Shown in pieces: positions 63,082 to 64,000 of a stretch of DNA of 64,000 nt. The stretch covers positions 92,224 to 156,223 of IMG/VR virus record IMGVR_UViG_3300045970_000382, one strand, 5' to 3'. Origin of the DNA: a virus. Both the position numbers and the translations under genes were made by a program. The number at the start of each line of letters is the position of its first letter. Position 1 is the first letter of the stretch. The notes below the pieces were generated by a model. It was not told where the DNA came from. It saw only the letters and a program-made list of their open reading frames with translations, and searched no databases.

Positions 63082-63110
63082 ATTATATATAAACTAAACT
63101 TGTAAGTCAA
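63082..63110 (-). promoter_or_regulatory. sigma70-type promoter with extended -10
   Basis: TTGACT-N17-TATAAT, AGTTTATATATAAT. Confidence 0.7.
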
Positions 63111-63216
63111 AGACTATTTTCAGTAGAAACAAGAGGTTACTGAGAATTATTTCAGATGTGATCTAGACAAGTTGGCGGGGATATGTTACAATTTTTAATT
63201 TATATACAATGTTAAG

Positions 63217-63825
63217 ATGGAACTAATTAAGAGACAGAAGACTGTTAGAGATTATGTAGTCTATGTACATAGATCACCTTCTGGAAAGTGTTATGTTGGA
63301 ATAACTAAACACTATGCTAGGCGATGTTTAGCACATCAGCATGAAAGTAATAGATGTAGATTATTTGCTAGAGTTGTTAAGAAATATGGATGGGAGAATA
63401 TAGAACATATCATACTTGAATCTGGACTAACTTTAAAAGAAGCTAAAGAGAAAGAACAATATTACATAGAGTATTATAATTCATTTGCACCACATGGCTA
63501 TAATCTAACTACGGGAGGTGAAGGTTACACAGTTTCGGATGAAACTAGGCAAAAACAATCTAATTCATTGAAAGGACATAAACATACAGATGAAACTAGA
63601 CAAATAATGACTCAATCTAATAAGAATAAAGGTTCTAAAAGATCAGAAGAATTTAAGAAGATGATCTCTCAAATTAATAAAGGTAGAAATCCTTCTAGAG
63701 AGCAAAAAGTAAAAGCATCTGAATCTAATAAAGGTAAGAAAAGAACTGAAGAACAAAAACAAAATCATAAAGCAGCATGGATTAAAAGAGTAGAGTTGTA
63801 TGGTTTAAGGGGTGTCAAACAGTAG
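63217..63825 (+). CDS. GIY-YIG endonuclease with NUMOD3-like repeats, copy 3
   Basis: VYVHRSPSGKCYVGIT, GYNLTTGG; C-terminus nearly identical to copy 1 (KRVELYGLRGV). Confidence 0.85.
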   Translation: MELIKRQKTVRDYVVYVHRSPSGKCYVGITKHYARRCLAHQHESNRCRLFARVVKKYGWENIEHIILESGLTLKEAKEKEQYYIEYYNSFAPHGYNLTTGGEGYTVSDETRQKQSNSLKGHKHTDETRQIMTQSNKNKGSKRSEEFKKMISQINKGRNPSREQKVKASESNKGKKRTEEQKQNHKAAWIKRVELYGLRGVKQ

Positions 63826-64000
63826 GTATTTTTGTGAGCTATACTAGCACACCAAGGCATTGTGGAGCGTGTTACCAAGACGATTTTTTGGGGCTTAAAG
63901 ATGGTGTTTTGATGGTTTGCCAAGATGGTATTTAGGCGCTGTCTAGACAAGCAATTTTGTAACTAGATTTGATCTAGGTTTGAGAATCGAGATTGCTTGT

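Noticed and set aside
1-64000. Retron, DGR, cas genes, integrase or IS transposase
   Set aside because: No reverse-transcriptase, Cas, recombinase or transposase motifs recognised in any ORF

Overview
AT-rich segment of a large dsDNA tailed-phage genome. No capsid, terminase or tail genes are recognisable. The sigma70-type promoters, CsrA-like hairpins and CRISPR-type repeats suggest a proteobacterial host (inference). Positions 1-47.5 kb are almost entirely minus strand. They carry replication and recombination genes (helicase N-terminus, FEN/5'-3' exonuclease, SbcD-like nuclease, resolvase, RecA, SSB, UvsY-like protein, DnaX-like loader, UDG-PolA fusion, beta clamp, ligase) and a 7-deazaguanine DNA-modification set (DpdA, QueD-fold DpdL-like protein, glycosyltransferase, FolE). 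They also carry two ParB-like proteins, a Ski2-like helicase broken by a cis intein and a naturally split intein, a DNA methyltransferase and a Ro60/TROVE gene. From 48.8 kb onward are small early-type genes. Nine copies of an HNH-AP2 endonuclease and three GIY-YIG genes are scattered throughout. The best candidate for an undescribed system is the ~1 kb non-coding leader of Ro60 (35030-36045). It reads as one operon with three free Y-RNA-like hairpins, a tRNA-His-derived RNA carrying a circularly permuted Ro-binding module in its anticodon arm, a second tRNA mimic, a ~250-nt multibranch RNA, and a CRISPR-repeat-like hairpin fused to the first Y RNA. Other highlights are a solitary 37-bp CRISPR repeat (RNA anti-CRISPR candidate, 49398-49434), an ~800-nt ornate ncRNA candidate (47650-48470), three kissing-loop leader attenuators with co-varying loops, and CsrA-type hairpins. 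All RNA structures were folded by eye and no database searches were run.
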